Positions 11,730 to 26,356 of a stretch of DNA of 64,000 bases are shown piece by piece. Each line of letters opens with the position of its first letter. The stretch's first letter is position 1. The DNA lies in assembly GCF_006345805.1 (NCBI RefSeq), contig NC_042997.1:115320001-115384000 (forward strand). Reading direction: 5' to 3'. Source of the DNA: Octopus sinensis (lineage: Eukaryota). A model generated the notes under the pieces. It saw only the letters and a program-made list of their open reading frames with translations. It searched no databases and was not told the origin of the DNA. Both the position numbers and the translations under genes were made by a program.

Positions 11730-13130
11730 ATTAGTAATTGATTATCTTCTCAAAATGGATGGCGTCTTGTAACAGGAATAATTTGGAGATTTTTTTCACA
11801 GATTTCAGTATTTATAATGGCTACAGCTTCTCCGTTATTTGTTTATTTATTTACCATGCCATCGTTGTTTGTGAGTTCATGAATAATTTCCCATTCCTTT
11901 CGACTGGTGTTGGATTTGGATTTCGGGTGTAGTTGCTCATTATATAAGAATTTAGGTATAAAGTCATAATATTTCTCTAACCCTGGGGTCCTCAACCGGT
12001 CCTCATATGACCCTTGGGGATCCATATAAAATTTTATTAAAATTTATGTGCATTAAATTGGTTACATTTCTGCTTTACATAAAATATTTTAACAATTTTG
12101 TTAAATACAATTCTTAATATTTAATGATAAAAATAGGATTATTTAAACATCGAATGGCTATGAGTATCCACCCGAGTAAAGTACGAATCACTAGGGTACA
12201 TTGGTAAAAAATGGTTGAGAACCACTGCTCTAATGCTTTATCCCTATATTTTGTTGGGTTGTCACCGTTTTTATTTCGTATTATTTATTCGTTATTGATT
12301 TCCTTGTCAAATACTTCTGTTGAACGTAATATCTGCCAGGACGGAAGATCGTAATACACACAAAACAAGATGAAATTCCTGAAGAAACCTTACTCACAAA
12401 CGGTAAACAAGAAGCAAATTATCAGCTCTGGATTATGGCTGATTCTGTCAGGCATTGTTTTCAGGTTATAATCCTTGTTTCTTTGTGTCTTTCTGTTCTG
12501 TCTGTTGAAATCTTCGATTCTTGGAAATATTCTGTGTCGGGGAAGAGAGGGTTAGGATTCTTCTAGTGGGTTTGCCAAGTTGTCTAAATATCCTGGAATT
12601 AATTTTATTATTTTCATGTGTTTGGCAAATATAAGACTTTCTGCTATTTGCTTTTCTTGTTTGAGGGTATATTTTAACTATATTTTAACTTGTATCTTTT
12701 ATCTTCTTTGAAGAATTTCCTGTTGCTTTGTGTATGTCACAGTCTTCGGTTCTGGCAGATAATCTGTCTTGAAGAAGTGATTCTTCAAGTGGGGAATATT
12801 ACGTTGTTTAAATATTCTGGAATTAATAGCATTATTTCGTGTCTTTGACGATTACGAATTTGATCTTTACTCTTTTTGGTGGCTGTTTTACTGTTTGCAA
12901 GTAAGATTTGTTGATTTTTAAACTTTTTCAAGAATGTATTATCAGCACAATAATCTCGTTTTAAACCAATGGGTATTTTTTCTAAGAGATGCTAATTTTT
13001 TCCTTCTCACAGTTTTTGTTTCAAAGTTTAAGAATATTTTCATATATTTTGAGAAATATGAGAAATATATTATATATATGCGACCTTTTGAACAAAAGGA
13101 ATATAATTTTTCTTCTAAGTTATTAGAATA
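11730..13130 (-). pseudogene. Decayed Penelope-like element, region N-terminal to the RT domain (far end uncertain)
   Basis: After removing the MITE at 11983-12227 the frame reads DKALEKYYDFIPKFLYNEQLHPKSKSNTSRKEWEIIHELTNNDGMVNK*TNNGEAVAII, matching the PLE pre-RT NLS..E...L..L.NN..IVIK.ADKG.AVVI motif. Confidence 0.55.
11983..12227. mobile_element. hAT (Charlie-like) MITE
   Basis: TIRs ctggggtcctcaacc / ggttgagaaccactg; imperfect 8-bp TSD ctctaacc / ctctaatg. Confidence 0.7.
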
Positions 13131-13841
13131 GAAATCGTAATGAGAATTTACTGTGAAATGCGGAGTTAACTCAGATACTCATCTGAGAAATATATCTGTA
13201 CTTGATCGTTGATGATAAGTGTTCAGACACACAAATACAGAAATATAATTTACAATATTTAATAATAATATTTAGAGTATTAGATATATAATATATTGAA
13301 TAAAATATATAGAGTAAAAAGAGATCGATAGATGGTCTGATATGTAGATAGGAAGGTAGATTGGTTTATAGATCGATTATCAGAACATTAGATTCATAGA
13401 TAGATAGGACAGATAGAGACAGTCTAACTGATAGATAGACAGATATATGATAGATAAATAGATAGATAGATGGTTCAGTGGTTGGGCGGACAATTAGACA
13501 AATAAATCCATAGATAAATTGAGAGGTAAACGGTTGATGCACATGTAGGTAGATAACTAGATAGGTTGATAGTCAGATATATAGGTATACATATGGATGG
13601 GTGGTTAGATGAACGACTGGTAGATAGATAAACAGAGAGACAGATGGATTACTATGTATGAGTGTGAGTAGACGGGTATGTTGGAAGGTATATGGACGTG
13701 TAGGTAGAGCGATAGATAAGTAGGTACATTGATAAAAAAGCAGAAAGGTAATTAGATAAATAAGGAGTTAAAAAGAATAGACTGAAAGAATAACTAAAAA
13801 TATAGGTTGATTGGTATACGTCTTTCATTCCTGTTATTCTA

Positions 13842-14148
13842 CAGGATTATTAAAAAAAATGAACCGATTTCATTACGGAATATTTTAACAAGGAAAAGCA
13901 ATAGAAAATTCCAGCTAAGTCACAAGTATTTACTCACAATCAACTTTATTTCCTGTCTCACAAGTGTTTAATGTGGCCACCACCTGCAGCACGGGCAACA
14001 TTAATGCGATAAGAGAATTCCTCCCAGACTCATCAATGCGATAAAAGAATTCCTCTCAGAGATATAGAGAAAGTGGTTTTTTAGGCGGTAGAGTGCAAAA
14101 ATGGTCAATGTGTGTATGTGTGTGTGTGTGTGTATGTGTGTGTATGCA

Positions 14149-14203
<55 letters not shown>

Positions 14204-14609
14204 TAGTATCTGAGTGCGTGTGTGTTTGTGTTTATGTGAGAAGTGAATAAGTTGGAGAACACGACTACTTGGTAGACACTCCATTTTGTTGTGTGATTTT
14301 TCTTATGGAAATATGTAAAAGATCGCGTTTATGTTCCACCGCTACCCACTAACCTCGATGACCTTAAACATCGAATAACACCAGCGATCAACTCAATGGA
14401 TCGTGGTTTGCTGATACGTGTCTGAGAGGAATTCTCTTATCGTATTGATGTTGCCTGTGCTGCAGGTGGTGGCCACATTGAACACCTGTAAGACAGGAAA
14501 TAAAAGTTGATTGTGAGTAAATACTTGTGATTTAGCTGGAGTTTTCTATTGCTTTTCCTTATTAAAATATTGCGTAATGAAATCGGTTCATTCATTTTGA
14601 ATAACCCTG
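13842..14609. mobile_element. Tc1/mariner-type MITE with ~180-200 bp TIRs and TA TSD
   Basis: 13842-14021 is the reverse complement of ~14428-14609 (cagg(a/g)ttatt...aatgaaccgatttcattacg...gccaccacctgcagcac); TA at both ends. Confidence 0.8.
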
Positions 14610-15890
14610 TATATCTATTGTTGTTGATTAGTAAAATCAGCATATTAATTCATAAGTGTTGTGTACGAAGACATAGTTTCCTCGTGAAGGGATATTTGTC
14701 ATAAATTTTAACCTCTTAATAAAGAAGCATATGATCAGCAACAAGATGTGTCGTGAATTAGTTTCGTATGAATTAATATATTTCCTTATCTTTCACATTG
14801 AGAAAAATTTATGTTTTTATCCATTTGTAGATTTTCCCTTGACTATCGTCAGTTATTCATTTTGAAAACTACTCAGTTATCAATGCTTCGAATTATTAAA
14901 GCGGCGATCTGGCAGAGTCGTTAGCATGCCGGAAAAGTGCTTAGCGGCATTTAGTACGGCTTTACATTCTGAGTTCATATGACGCCGAAGTCGACTTTGC
15001 TTTTCGGAGTCAATAAAGTAAGTACCAGTCATGTACTGGAGTCGATGTAATCGACTTACCCCCTCTACTGAATTTGCTGGCCTCATGCCAAAATTTGAAA
15101 TCAACTCTTAGAATATGATACACACATACATATAGTTTTTTTAAACATTGCCCGTCTACAATAGATGTTATCTCTGGACGAATACTGCAGTAAATTTGTC
15201 TTTAAACGATGTATTTACATTAAGTATGATGCATAGATGACTTCTGTTTTAGTGAAGCTTCGAAGCTGCTCATATCTTAACTACAAGTTATTGGGCACGT
15301 TGACGTTGTTTGGCTCGGGTTTTTAAGTGAAAACTATGTTTTGCCAAGTCTAAGTTATTTCTCAGCGGTTCAATCTGGAAGAAGGAATGTACCCATAACC
15401 TGTGAAGGCCCACTGTGGCTAGTGAGACGGACATTGTTGATGTTCGCGAACAGCTGCTAGTAGACGGCTGCTGTAAAAATATGGATTGTGGGGTGCAATT
15501 TCAGGGGAAAATCTTGGGGGCCGTTGTACCCAACATGGTTGATGAGAAGACAGATGAATGAATTGGAAGGACCCGGGTGGAGATATACTGGTTTTGAGAG
15601 ATATAGGTAATTCTAGTAAGGGTAGAATAGGCAGAGAGAAGATCCAGAATGTCTGTGTGTGTGTGGGGTCATTTGGGAGATTCGTTCTGAGAAGCTTTTA
15701 CGAGTAACATCATCCCAAAAGTGGGAAGAGTACACTGTTGTGTGTCTGATCCAAGCTTTCCAGCTGAAGAGGTAAAAATGTATCGTGACCCTGAAGAGGA
15801 AGATTTCTTTGTTTTTTGGTTGGGAATTGTGGAGTATTATTTAACAATTACTTTCTCGATGTCCTCTCCTCCTTTTCTCACAACTTAATG

Positions 15891-15950
<60 letters not shown>

Positions 15951-16085
15951 ACACACATGAAGGGTCTGCGAAACTTGAAGTAGCATAGAACCAAATCAAC
16001 CTATTTTAAATAATACATAATAATACATGCAACTCATACTAAATGTATTGAGTGCCCTTTTCTTTCGTTTGTCCACTCACTCGTA

Positions 16086-17458
16086 TCTATATTACATTAA
16101 AAATGAACTTCAATGTTGCTTGCTTGCTTGCAATGTTACACAGCCGAATTGGCGCATAATGGGGAAATACTATGAATTAAGGCACCCTTGAAATGTGAAT
16201 ACCAACGGAATAAAGCAAGGTTCAAGTAAATCGGATAACTGGTTCTTGATATATTGGCGGTTTTGGGGATATAAGTATTCAAGATGGTGCATAATGGGAA
16301 AATACCCCGAAAATAACTTAATCCCGAAAGGGAAGAAACTCTAACCTTTCGATTAGACACATTATGATGATAAACACAATATTTTATTCATTTAGAAATA
16401 TTTCTAAGTGAATGAGATTTGAAAAATGTAAGTTGTTTTATTTTTCTTTAAACAGGCAATATTTTAATTAAAAAAAAAATTATTTTCAAGGGAATAGAGT
16501 TACAATTTTTTTTGGCATATTTAAAAGATATTTTTAAGTGAAAATGACTTTAAAGATACCGTAAATATTTCGTAAAAGAACCGTTCGTAACCTCGGTGTG
16601 AAATAAATTTTTCCATGGGGATTTTTCGAGTGCATTCAACATATCTCACCGCCAAAGATTTGGCTGCGTTTTCTTGTACTACCTGCTACCACGTAACAGC
16701 TATTTGTGATAAAGGACCTAAAATAGCTGTTACGTGACAGGGCGTGTAAGAAATAACAGCTAAATCTTTCCTTTTCTGGGGAAAGGAGCCGTTTACGCGT
16801 GATTTCGATGCCACATTCGTTGAAAGTATACGAAATAACATGGGAAAGAAAAAAACCTGCGAAATAAAATTCCGTTGGTAGGAAACTCAGAGTTTTCCGG
16901 GAAACTCCAAAGTTTTCCCCCCCTTTCTTTTCCGGAAGAAAGTGACTTGCGGTGAGTTTGGAGGTGAGATATGCTGAATGAATTCGAAAAAACCAGTGGA
17001 AAAAATGATTTCTCAACGAAGTACGAACGGGTCCTTTACGAAATATTTGTTGAAGGTCGGGACAGGCATGCGAATACAAGGACCGATGAGACTGATAGAG
17101 CAAACGCTGAGCGTCTGGCGGAACAGAGGGAAAGAGATAGAAGCAGGAGAGATCAGGAATCGGACTCTCGGAGAGCTGAGCGTCTGGCGAAACAAAAGGT
17201 GAGAGACAAAAGCAGGAGGCGTCATGAAGTTTCGCGTAAATCGGATCACGGGTTACAGAGATACGCGGTTTTTTCGGGTGCCTTTATAAATAACCAAACC
17301 GGTGTATAATGGGGAAAACGCTTCGAGAGTAAGATACCATTCAAATGTGAATACACACGGAATAACAGAGGTTTCACGTAAATCGGGTCACGGATTCCCG
17401 AGATACGCCGTTTTTTAGGGTACCTTGAGCTATTGGTAACCCAACGGGTCACGGGTAG
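16086..17458 (+). mobile_element. Non-autonomous Helitron derivative with an N-terminal Rep-Hel-like fragment
   Basis: A|TCTATATTACATTAAAAATG 5' end; 3' cccaacgggtcacgggTAG|T; internal sub-repeats (cataatggggaaa, gtaaatcgg); R/E-rich repeat peptide AERLAEQRERDRSRR in 16971-17309. Confidence 0.6.
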
Positions 17459-17460
17459 TA

Positions 17461-17508
<48 letters not shown>

Positions 17509-17511
<3 letters not shown>

Positions 17512-18239
17512 CGATCTGGCAGAAATGTTAGCACCTCGGACGAAATGCTTAGCAGTATTTCGTCTGTCTTTACGTTCTCAGTTCAAATTCCACCGAGGTC
17601 GACTTTGCCTTTCATCGTTTCGGAGTCAATAAATTACGTAGTAGTTGCATACTGGGGTAGATCTAATCGACTGCCCCCCCTCCCCACAAATTTTGGGCCT
17701 TGTGCCTGGAGTAGAAAAGAATATATATGTGTGTGTGTGTTTGTCTCTACTACTACTTTCCAGCCAGTGGTAGTATGTTTACGTCCCCGTAACTTAGCGG
17801 TTCAGCAAAAGAGACCGATAGAATAAGTACCAGACTTAAAAAAAAAAAAAAATAATAAGTAATGAGGTCGATTCATTCGACTAAAAACTCTTCAAGGCGG
17901 TGCCCCAGCATGGCCGCAGTCTAATGCTTGAAAGAGTGTAAAAAGGAGAAGATACATCGCAAGGAAAAAGAAAAGTCTGTGAATGAATAAAACTATTGTC
18001 TCCTAAGTTTGTTATTTTATCTCTTAAGTCGTCCTAAAACCGAAGGGATCATGACTGGATCAATAGATCGTAATCTAATAATCAGTTGACTGTGTGGTAA
18101 GTAGCTTGCTTACCAACCACATGATTCCGGGTTCAGTCCCACTGCGTGTCACCTTGGGCAAGTGTCTTCTTTTATAGCCTCGGGCCGACCAAAGCCTTGT
18201 GAGTGGATTTGGTAGACGGAAACTGAAAGAAGCCCGTCG

Positions 18240-18270
<31 letters not shown>

Positions 18271-18409
18271 GTGTGTGTCTATATTTGTATGTCTGTGTTT
18301 GTCCCCCCAACATCGTTTGACAACTGACGCTAAGTTACAGGGACGTAAATACACCAAGAAGTGGTGGTGGCGGAGCAAACACAAACACACACACGGACGC
18401 ACACACACA

Positions 18410-18458
<49 letters not shown>

Positions 18459-18520
18459 TGGGCTTCTTTCAGTTTTTCATCTACCAAATCCACTTACAAA
18501 GCCTTGGTCTATATTAGGAA
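17509..18520 (+). mobile_element. Cluster of family A and C SINE copies and fragments
   Basis: Recurrent SINE motifs at ~17509-17720, 17760-17940 and 18085-18340; an inverted fragment at ~18455-18560. Confidence 0.7.
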
Positions 18521-18631
18521 ACATCTAAACCCGGGACCATGTGGTTGGGAAGCGAGCTTCTTACAACACAGACACGTTACTGAAAAAAAACCCCCAAAAA
18601 AACCCCTCAGCAAGAATGGTAATTTCGAGTC

Positions 18632-18902
<271 letters not shown>

Positions 18903-19399
18903 AAAAAACCCCTCAGCAAGAATGGTAATTTCGAGTCGGTTAAAAGTATAATTAGTCATTAATTTTATCTGGCTGTATATGGGTGGAGGCATGGCCGTGA
19001 GGTTAAGGAGCACGCTTTGCAACCAGGCAGTTTTGGATCAAGTTTCACTCTTTGCGGCACATTGAGCAAGTGTTTTGTGCCTTATGAGTGGACTTGGTGG
19101 GCAGAATCTATGTAGAAATTCCATTCGCCGACTCGAAATAATACAAAGAGTGGGTGTATAACGTTTCGTGCAAGGTTCTTCGTCAGAAAGAGGACAGAGC
19201 AAAAGTCCGGAGAGAAGGAAAAAGTCCAAGAAAAGCACGTGTATGGTTACATAGCTGAAAGTGACCGGAAGTGGAGAGGTATAGAGAAAGTGGTTTTTTT
19301 TAGGCAGGAGAGTGCAAAAATGGTCAATGTGTGTATGTGCGTGTGTGTATGTGGTAGTATCTGGGTGCGTGTGTGTTTGTGTTTATGTGAGTGGTGAAT

Positions 19400-19770
19400 G
19401 CATAAGGTGGAGAACACGTCTACTTGGTAGACACTCCATTTTGTTTTGTGGTTCAGATGTTTGTTCTTAAAGACCCTTTTCGCGAGTCCACCAAACGCGG
19501 TGTGAGCCGCTCTTAATCGGTTCCCCACGTCCTCTTCCGATGTGCACTTCTTTGAAAGCAAACTTTCTAAATATGAAAAGTGGTTTACTTTCTCTTGTGG
19601 CGTCTCCGAGATGGTAATGTTGAGGCTTGGAGTTTCCTGTCTTAGAACGGGTTGCGCCAGGATTTTTGTCGTTTTTAAGTTGACTTTTAGGCCAAACCGG
19701 GTATAAGCATTGGTAAATCCCTTCTGAACTTTGCAACAGACGCTTCCATGCAAGAATTGGCCTCATTAGT
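19400..19770 (-). pseudogene. RTE-clade LINE RT fragment
   Basis: FGLKVNLKTTKIL...EKVNHFSYLESLLS...EEDVGNRLRAAHTAFGGLAKRVF. Confidence 0.75.
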
Positions 19771-19799
19771 CATCAGAGGTATAAACATGGACAAAGGGG

Positions 19800-20020
19800 G
19801 AAGAAGTGGTCAAGAAGAAGCCAAATAAATTATCGGACACACGATAAAGCACCGTCGTAATGCTGTTCAATGTAGAGTCTAGTAGTGGTGGATCCATGGT
19901 GCAAGGCCAGGCCGAAGACAGTGAGGTGTGCGGTGGAATGACCAGCGGAGCAAAAATGACGGGCGACGAGGGTAGTTTTTCGCAGGCGGATATCCCGTAC
20001 ATGTTCAGCAAATCGGCTTT
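19800..20020 (-). pseudogene. Penelope-like GIY-YIG C-terminal fragment
   Basis: RFAEHVRDIRL...VARHFCSAGHSTAHLTVFGL. Confidence 0.6.
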
Positions 20021-20082
20021 CCAACCACATGGTTCCGGGTTCAGTCCCACTGCATGGAACCGCGAGAAAGTGTCTTCTACTA

Positions 20083-20119
<37 letters not shown>

Positions 20120-20374
20120 TGTGTGTGTGTATTTGTGTGGGTGTGTGTATCTTTGTGTTTACGTTTGTTCCCCCACCCACCAGCATCGCTTGGTAACCGA
20201 TGTTGGTGTGTTTATGTCCCCTTAACTTAGCGGTTCGGCAAAAGATACCGATAGAATACGCACTAGGCTGAAAAAATGTCCTGGGGTTTATTTGTTCGAC
20301 TGAAACCCTGGGTTCTCCAGCATGGTCGCAGTCAAATGACTGACAAGTAAAAGAGTTTGTATGTATCTGTCTGA

Positions 20375-20498
<124 letters not shown>

Positions 20499-20576
20499 TT
20501 TTTAGCTATCTATTTATCTCTTTCTCAATCTAAATATCTATCTATCTATCTATCTGTCTATCTGTCTATCTGTCTT

Positions 20577-20669
<93 letters not shown>

Positions 20670-20879
20670 GATTGTATTGTACGTATGTTTGTGTTTGTCT
20701 CCTCACAGCTTCACAACCGATAGAATAAATACCCCACCTCCCCCCAAAATTAGTACCGGGTTTCACTTGTTCGTTTGAAGCCCTTCAAGACGGTGCCCCG
20801 CTAAAACCAGTAAAAGATAAACGATTAATCAAAAGGCGGCAAACGTGATCAACGTTATCGATAAAATAAAGACTCAAAA

Positions 20880-21905
<1,026 letters not shown>

Positions 21906-22603
21906 GCCTTGTCACTAAATATAATAATGAAAGGTAATTTAATGATGCAGACCCTTATCTGACTCCCTCTTTCTATGCCTTCACCTCGCATCATCTCATT
22001 GATTACATTTCACTGAATCTGAACATTTTCCAGTTCATACAATGTTCTGCATCGACATAATTTCATTGAATTAAGCTTTAAATCAGATTATCTCTTGACT
22101 GTGGATTATATATTAAAGTACCATTTTATATATATTTGTTCTATTTGTTTATTATTTGCTTTAACAACAGATGATTACCGCCCGTTTTTTTTATATTATC
22201 CTGTTGTATTGTTTTTTTTTTCTTTTTTTCCAGTTTACCTGTACAGTGATATTTTGTCTCTCAGTGACATCTAACCCTAACATGTCTGAAAAGGAAGAAC
22301 TGAAAGATCAGTGGGGATACTCCACGTGAAAACCTTATTTCCTAACGAAAAAAAAAAAGGAAAATCAAAGGAACAGAAAAAAAGAAAACTAAAAAAGATT
22401 GTTCATCTTTGGTTACACAAGGATTATATATATATATTTATATATATGAGAAACAACGATAAGAAAACATTCAAAGTGGAGTTGAATCTCGACTTCATAT
22501 AATTTGTAAAAGAAAATAATTCCTAGTGAGAAACCATTAATTTAAAAGAAAGTGAAAAAAAAACGAAAAAAAAACGATTGCTTATTGAAAGAAAAATACG
22601 AAA

Positions 22604-24079
22604 ATGCGGGGACCAATTAATCCAATGCGGGGTGCGGTTACCCCGGTTCATTTACGACCGGGGGCCCCACATTTAGGTATGCATGGAGGCATGCCCCAAC
22701 CAGGAGTTAATGTTATTGGTGGAAGTTTCGCTGTACCTCTCGGCTATTCTCCCAACCATTCACCTATCAGAAGGCCCCGTTCTATGTTTAAAAGTGATTA
22801 TTGCTCAACTCGAAAATTTCTCTTCTTTTTCATCTCTCTTGTCGTCGACTGTATTGATATCGGTGCTAACTGGTGGATTTACCAAGTTGTTCGAGACCAT
22901 AAGGTCGGTCTAGTTTTCGGAACTTTCAGTGAAAATATTGTCTTGTCTTTTTACGCCTTCTCCATCATCGGGACAATTCTATCCATTCTGGAATGTCTCA
23001 ATCTGCTATCGTTTTCTTGTAAGTGGTATTTCATTAATCCAGATATAGCCCTCGCTCTAACTCTTTGGCTCGAAGACATCCCACAGCTGGGGCTGAACGT
23101 ATCTCTAGTTTATTGCAGAGAACGACCAGTATCACGGGCACAGTTTACAAGAGCAGTCTGTGGAATTATTGTCGTCATTTTCAAGCTTCTTGTCGTTTTG
23201 TCCCGCCATTGTGCCTGTTGTGGAAAAAAATTCTTAAAGTACTCCCACACAGACATAAATGAGAGGTGTCAATGGCGTGGCCGTTTACTATCCAGTGTCG
23301 TTCTAGTTGGTTTCGCCTTGGCTTTAGCGGAAGCATCCTATGTATTCAAGTACACGAAATACAACGAAGACAACTTCAGTGAAACACCGTTGAATATTCC
23401 AAAACCAATCATTGACGGGAGATGGGACGCCGATCGATATTTCTCCGATGTAAGTGTATATTTTAGTCCACCTCCTTTTCACCCTCACACTAAAATGGCA
23501 ACCCAGCCGCACAGTGAATGGATTCGGATAGGCACCATATATGAATTTATGAGCTCCAAAAGTATTAACTTTGATTACTCCTTTACTGATGCCGGTCCCA
23601 ATGGTGAACCTGCAACTTTGGCTTTTAAACAGGGTTTTCGTTCAGAATGTTACATTGTTGAACCGTACACAATGAATTTTAATTGGTCAGATATGTGTCT
23701 AGAAAGGGTTAACGAGACTATACACAGCGTCCATTTCGTGTTCAAGTATCATATGGATGCCTTTACCACCATGGGACAAATATATTACAATTATGCTTTT
23801 TGTGAAGCCCCTCGATTTGGGGCCCGTAAGACAAAATCTTCGAGACAGTTTCGAATTCGACCGTTTTACTTTCAGACCCAAACAAGGAGTAAATGGTCGT
23901 CCTTTTTAGCATCACGCAAATCACGTGTTCCTAAATGGATCTTTTATGACCGATACATACACATGATGCAAGATGTGAACGATATTTGGCGCACAGGGTA
24001 CCACAACTGCCTTCCAACCGGAACAACTGCTCCAGTGTTAGATCAGTCACTAAGGCTAAACTGTACAGAGATCTTATAA
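22604..24079 (+). CDS. Uncharacterised multi-pass membrane protein, 491 aa, single coding exon; LEDIPQ motif (XK-related-like fold suspected)
   Basis: Long uninterrupted non-repetitive ORF; ~5 hydrophobic segments (aa ~72-94, 112-136, 147-170, 181-200, 228-248); Pro/Gly-rich N-terminus; CACC cluster after TM4; ~240-aa C-terminal domain with sequons NFS, NWS, NET, NCT; upstream polypyrimidine tract plus CAG at 22231-22233. Confidence 0.85.
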   Translation: MRGPINPMRGAVTPVHLRPGAPHLGMHGGMPQPGVNVIGGSFAVPLGYSPNHSPIRRPRSMFKSDYCSTRKFLFFFISLVVDCIDIGANWWIYQVVRDHKVGLVFGTFSENIVLSFYAFSIIGTILSILECLNLLSFSCKWYFINPDIALALTLWLEDIPQLGLNVSLVYCRERPVSRAQFTRAVCGIIVVIFKLLVVLSRHCACCGKKFLKYSHTDINERCQWRGRLLSSVVLVGFALALAEASYVFKYTKYNEDNFSETPLNIPKPIIDGRWDADRYFSDVSVYFSPPPFHPHTKMATQPHSEWIRIGTIYEFMSSKSINFDYSFTDAGPNGEPATLAFKQGFRSECYIVEPYTMNFNWSDMCLERVNETIHSVHFVFKYHMDAFTTMGQIYYNYAFCEAPRFGARKTKSSRQFRIRPFYFQTQTRSKWSSFLASRKSRVPKWIFYDRYIHMMQDVNDIWRTGYHNCLPTGTTAPVLDQSLRLNCTEIL

Positions 24080-24678
24080 AGTTTATCAACAAGGACAACC
24101 TCAGCAAAAACAGCGACTATAACTACCGAAAGAAGAAAAACGACGAAAGATCATATATATATATAATATGGTTATGGGGAAAAGAGGACTGCATTTGATA
24201 TTTATTGGATTAATCAGAAATAAAATGGTGCTGTTTAGAAACGAATCGAAATGCAAAAGAGTTATTCGCAATTTGAGGTTATTGAAGTGATTGCCTTGGA
24301 AGGAATAATATTTATGTCATGGCAATTGAAGTTGAAAACCAGTTGCAGATAAATCATCATCATGGTTATAATCAAACCAATTAATGTTATATGCCAGTAC
24401 ATATATATATATATATATGTATTGTATGTATATATATGTATGTATATATGTATAAGTGAGACAGCTGATGCGATAGTTAAATAAAAAAACGATGTATGAT
24501 CACTGTTAGCACCGACTACAATATCGATGAAAATCGATATTTATTGAAAGTTGAGTCGCGGTCTTTGAATCGCTTCGATTGTACTTTGAAAGGTAAATAT
24601 TTTTGCAATATATATATATATATAATATATAGTGTGTATATATATATATGTACGTATAATATAATTATATAATATAGA

Positions 24679-24731
<53 letters not shown>

Positions 24732-24738
24732 ATATAAA

Positions 24739-24814
<76 letters not shown>

Positions 24815-24827
24815 ATATTATATATAT

Positions 24828-24901
<74 letters not shown>

Positions 24902-26230
24902 GTTGTATATGTGTGTGTTGGAGTATCTTTTATTCTCATTGAACAGAGTGAAAATCGATTACAATTGATCGATTATTAAACCGATCAATGTCTGTACAGG
25001 CTGGCTCAATTACAGGATTAGCGACAACAAATTCCTGAACGAAGGATCACAATTATTTTATGGTGGAATAATCTGTCAACTTTCGTCTTTCTTGTACGTT
25101 TTTGTCTTCTTTAAACTGTTCACTATCCATTTTTAATGGTTCCTTATCAGCTTTTGATAACAACTTACACGGTAAAAATTTCATTTTTATATGTTTTATA
25201 TCTACTTGTTAATCTAAGAACGAAATTCAACTCAGACATGACACCCAGATTTGTGATAAATGGAGAAATTTCTTATATTCTTCACATCCGGGTTGAACAA
25301 TTTTTCATTGGTATTTTCTTAATTTAACCAAAACGAATAAAAAAAATCTTGGAGTTGTACCTGTTTAAGAAGTGACTTGAATTGAGACAGTATGTTGAAA
25401 TTTAAGCAGCTACACCACAGAAAGGCCATTTAATAACACATAAAACTGGTGAATTCACTTCAGGTTCATAAACTGTTAAGATTTTCGTCGCACATCTGCG
25501 ATATGATCAGTAATAGCTACAATAACACCGTGGCAGTGTTGGGTGTCGAAAATATCGAACCTCATGAAATATATTTAAATTTGAATCGAATTTAACAAAT
25601 TTGTGTGATATTCAATAGCTTTTCCACGGTGTAATTGCAAAAAAAAAAGAAAGAAAAGAAAAAGAAGAGACCTATAAAAAACCCCTTTTTCCTTTTTAAT
25701 GTCTAAGAAGCAACTTTATTAATTAAAATTTTTTTCGTGCAATTTTTGTCACAGAAATGTTTTTTTCAAAATGGAAGCAGTTGGCGAGGTGTGACACGAA
25801 AGATATTTCATTACATGCCATAATGAGCGAAGTAAAATATACGTCCATACGACACTATCGATATTGATTCAGCATCTGTTTTTGCTTGGTTGTTTTTCAA
25901 CAGAAAAAAAAGAAAAAAATTCCAAAAAATTATTTTATTCTTGTTTATGCTTATTCCATTTTTTCTTTCTGTTTTCCATGTTTTTACTGTTCTTGATGTG
26001 GTCACGTTCAATAGCTCTGTGACAAATATATTTATACAAGGACATTATACAATATAATGAACGGGACACAGTTTATTTGTCATTTGCAAATATACTCGTT
26101 CCAGGCATAGTTACCTACATTTATATTTTGTCCTTGTATATATGTATGTATGCATGTATGCATATGAGTGTGTGTACCTGTGTGTTATGCATGTATATAT
26201 ACACATATACACATACATATACATACATAC

Positions 26231-26293
<63 letters not shown>

Positions 26294-26296
26294 ATA

Positions 26297-26356
<60 letters not shown>

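Noticed and set aside
15340-15880. Complex-sequence island, possibly an old LINE fragment (minus-strand FWDDV)
   Set aside because: No convincing motif series; left unannotated
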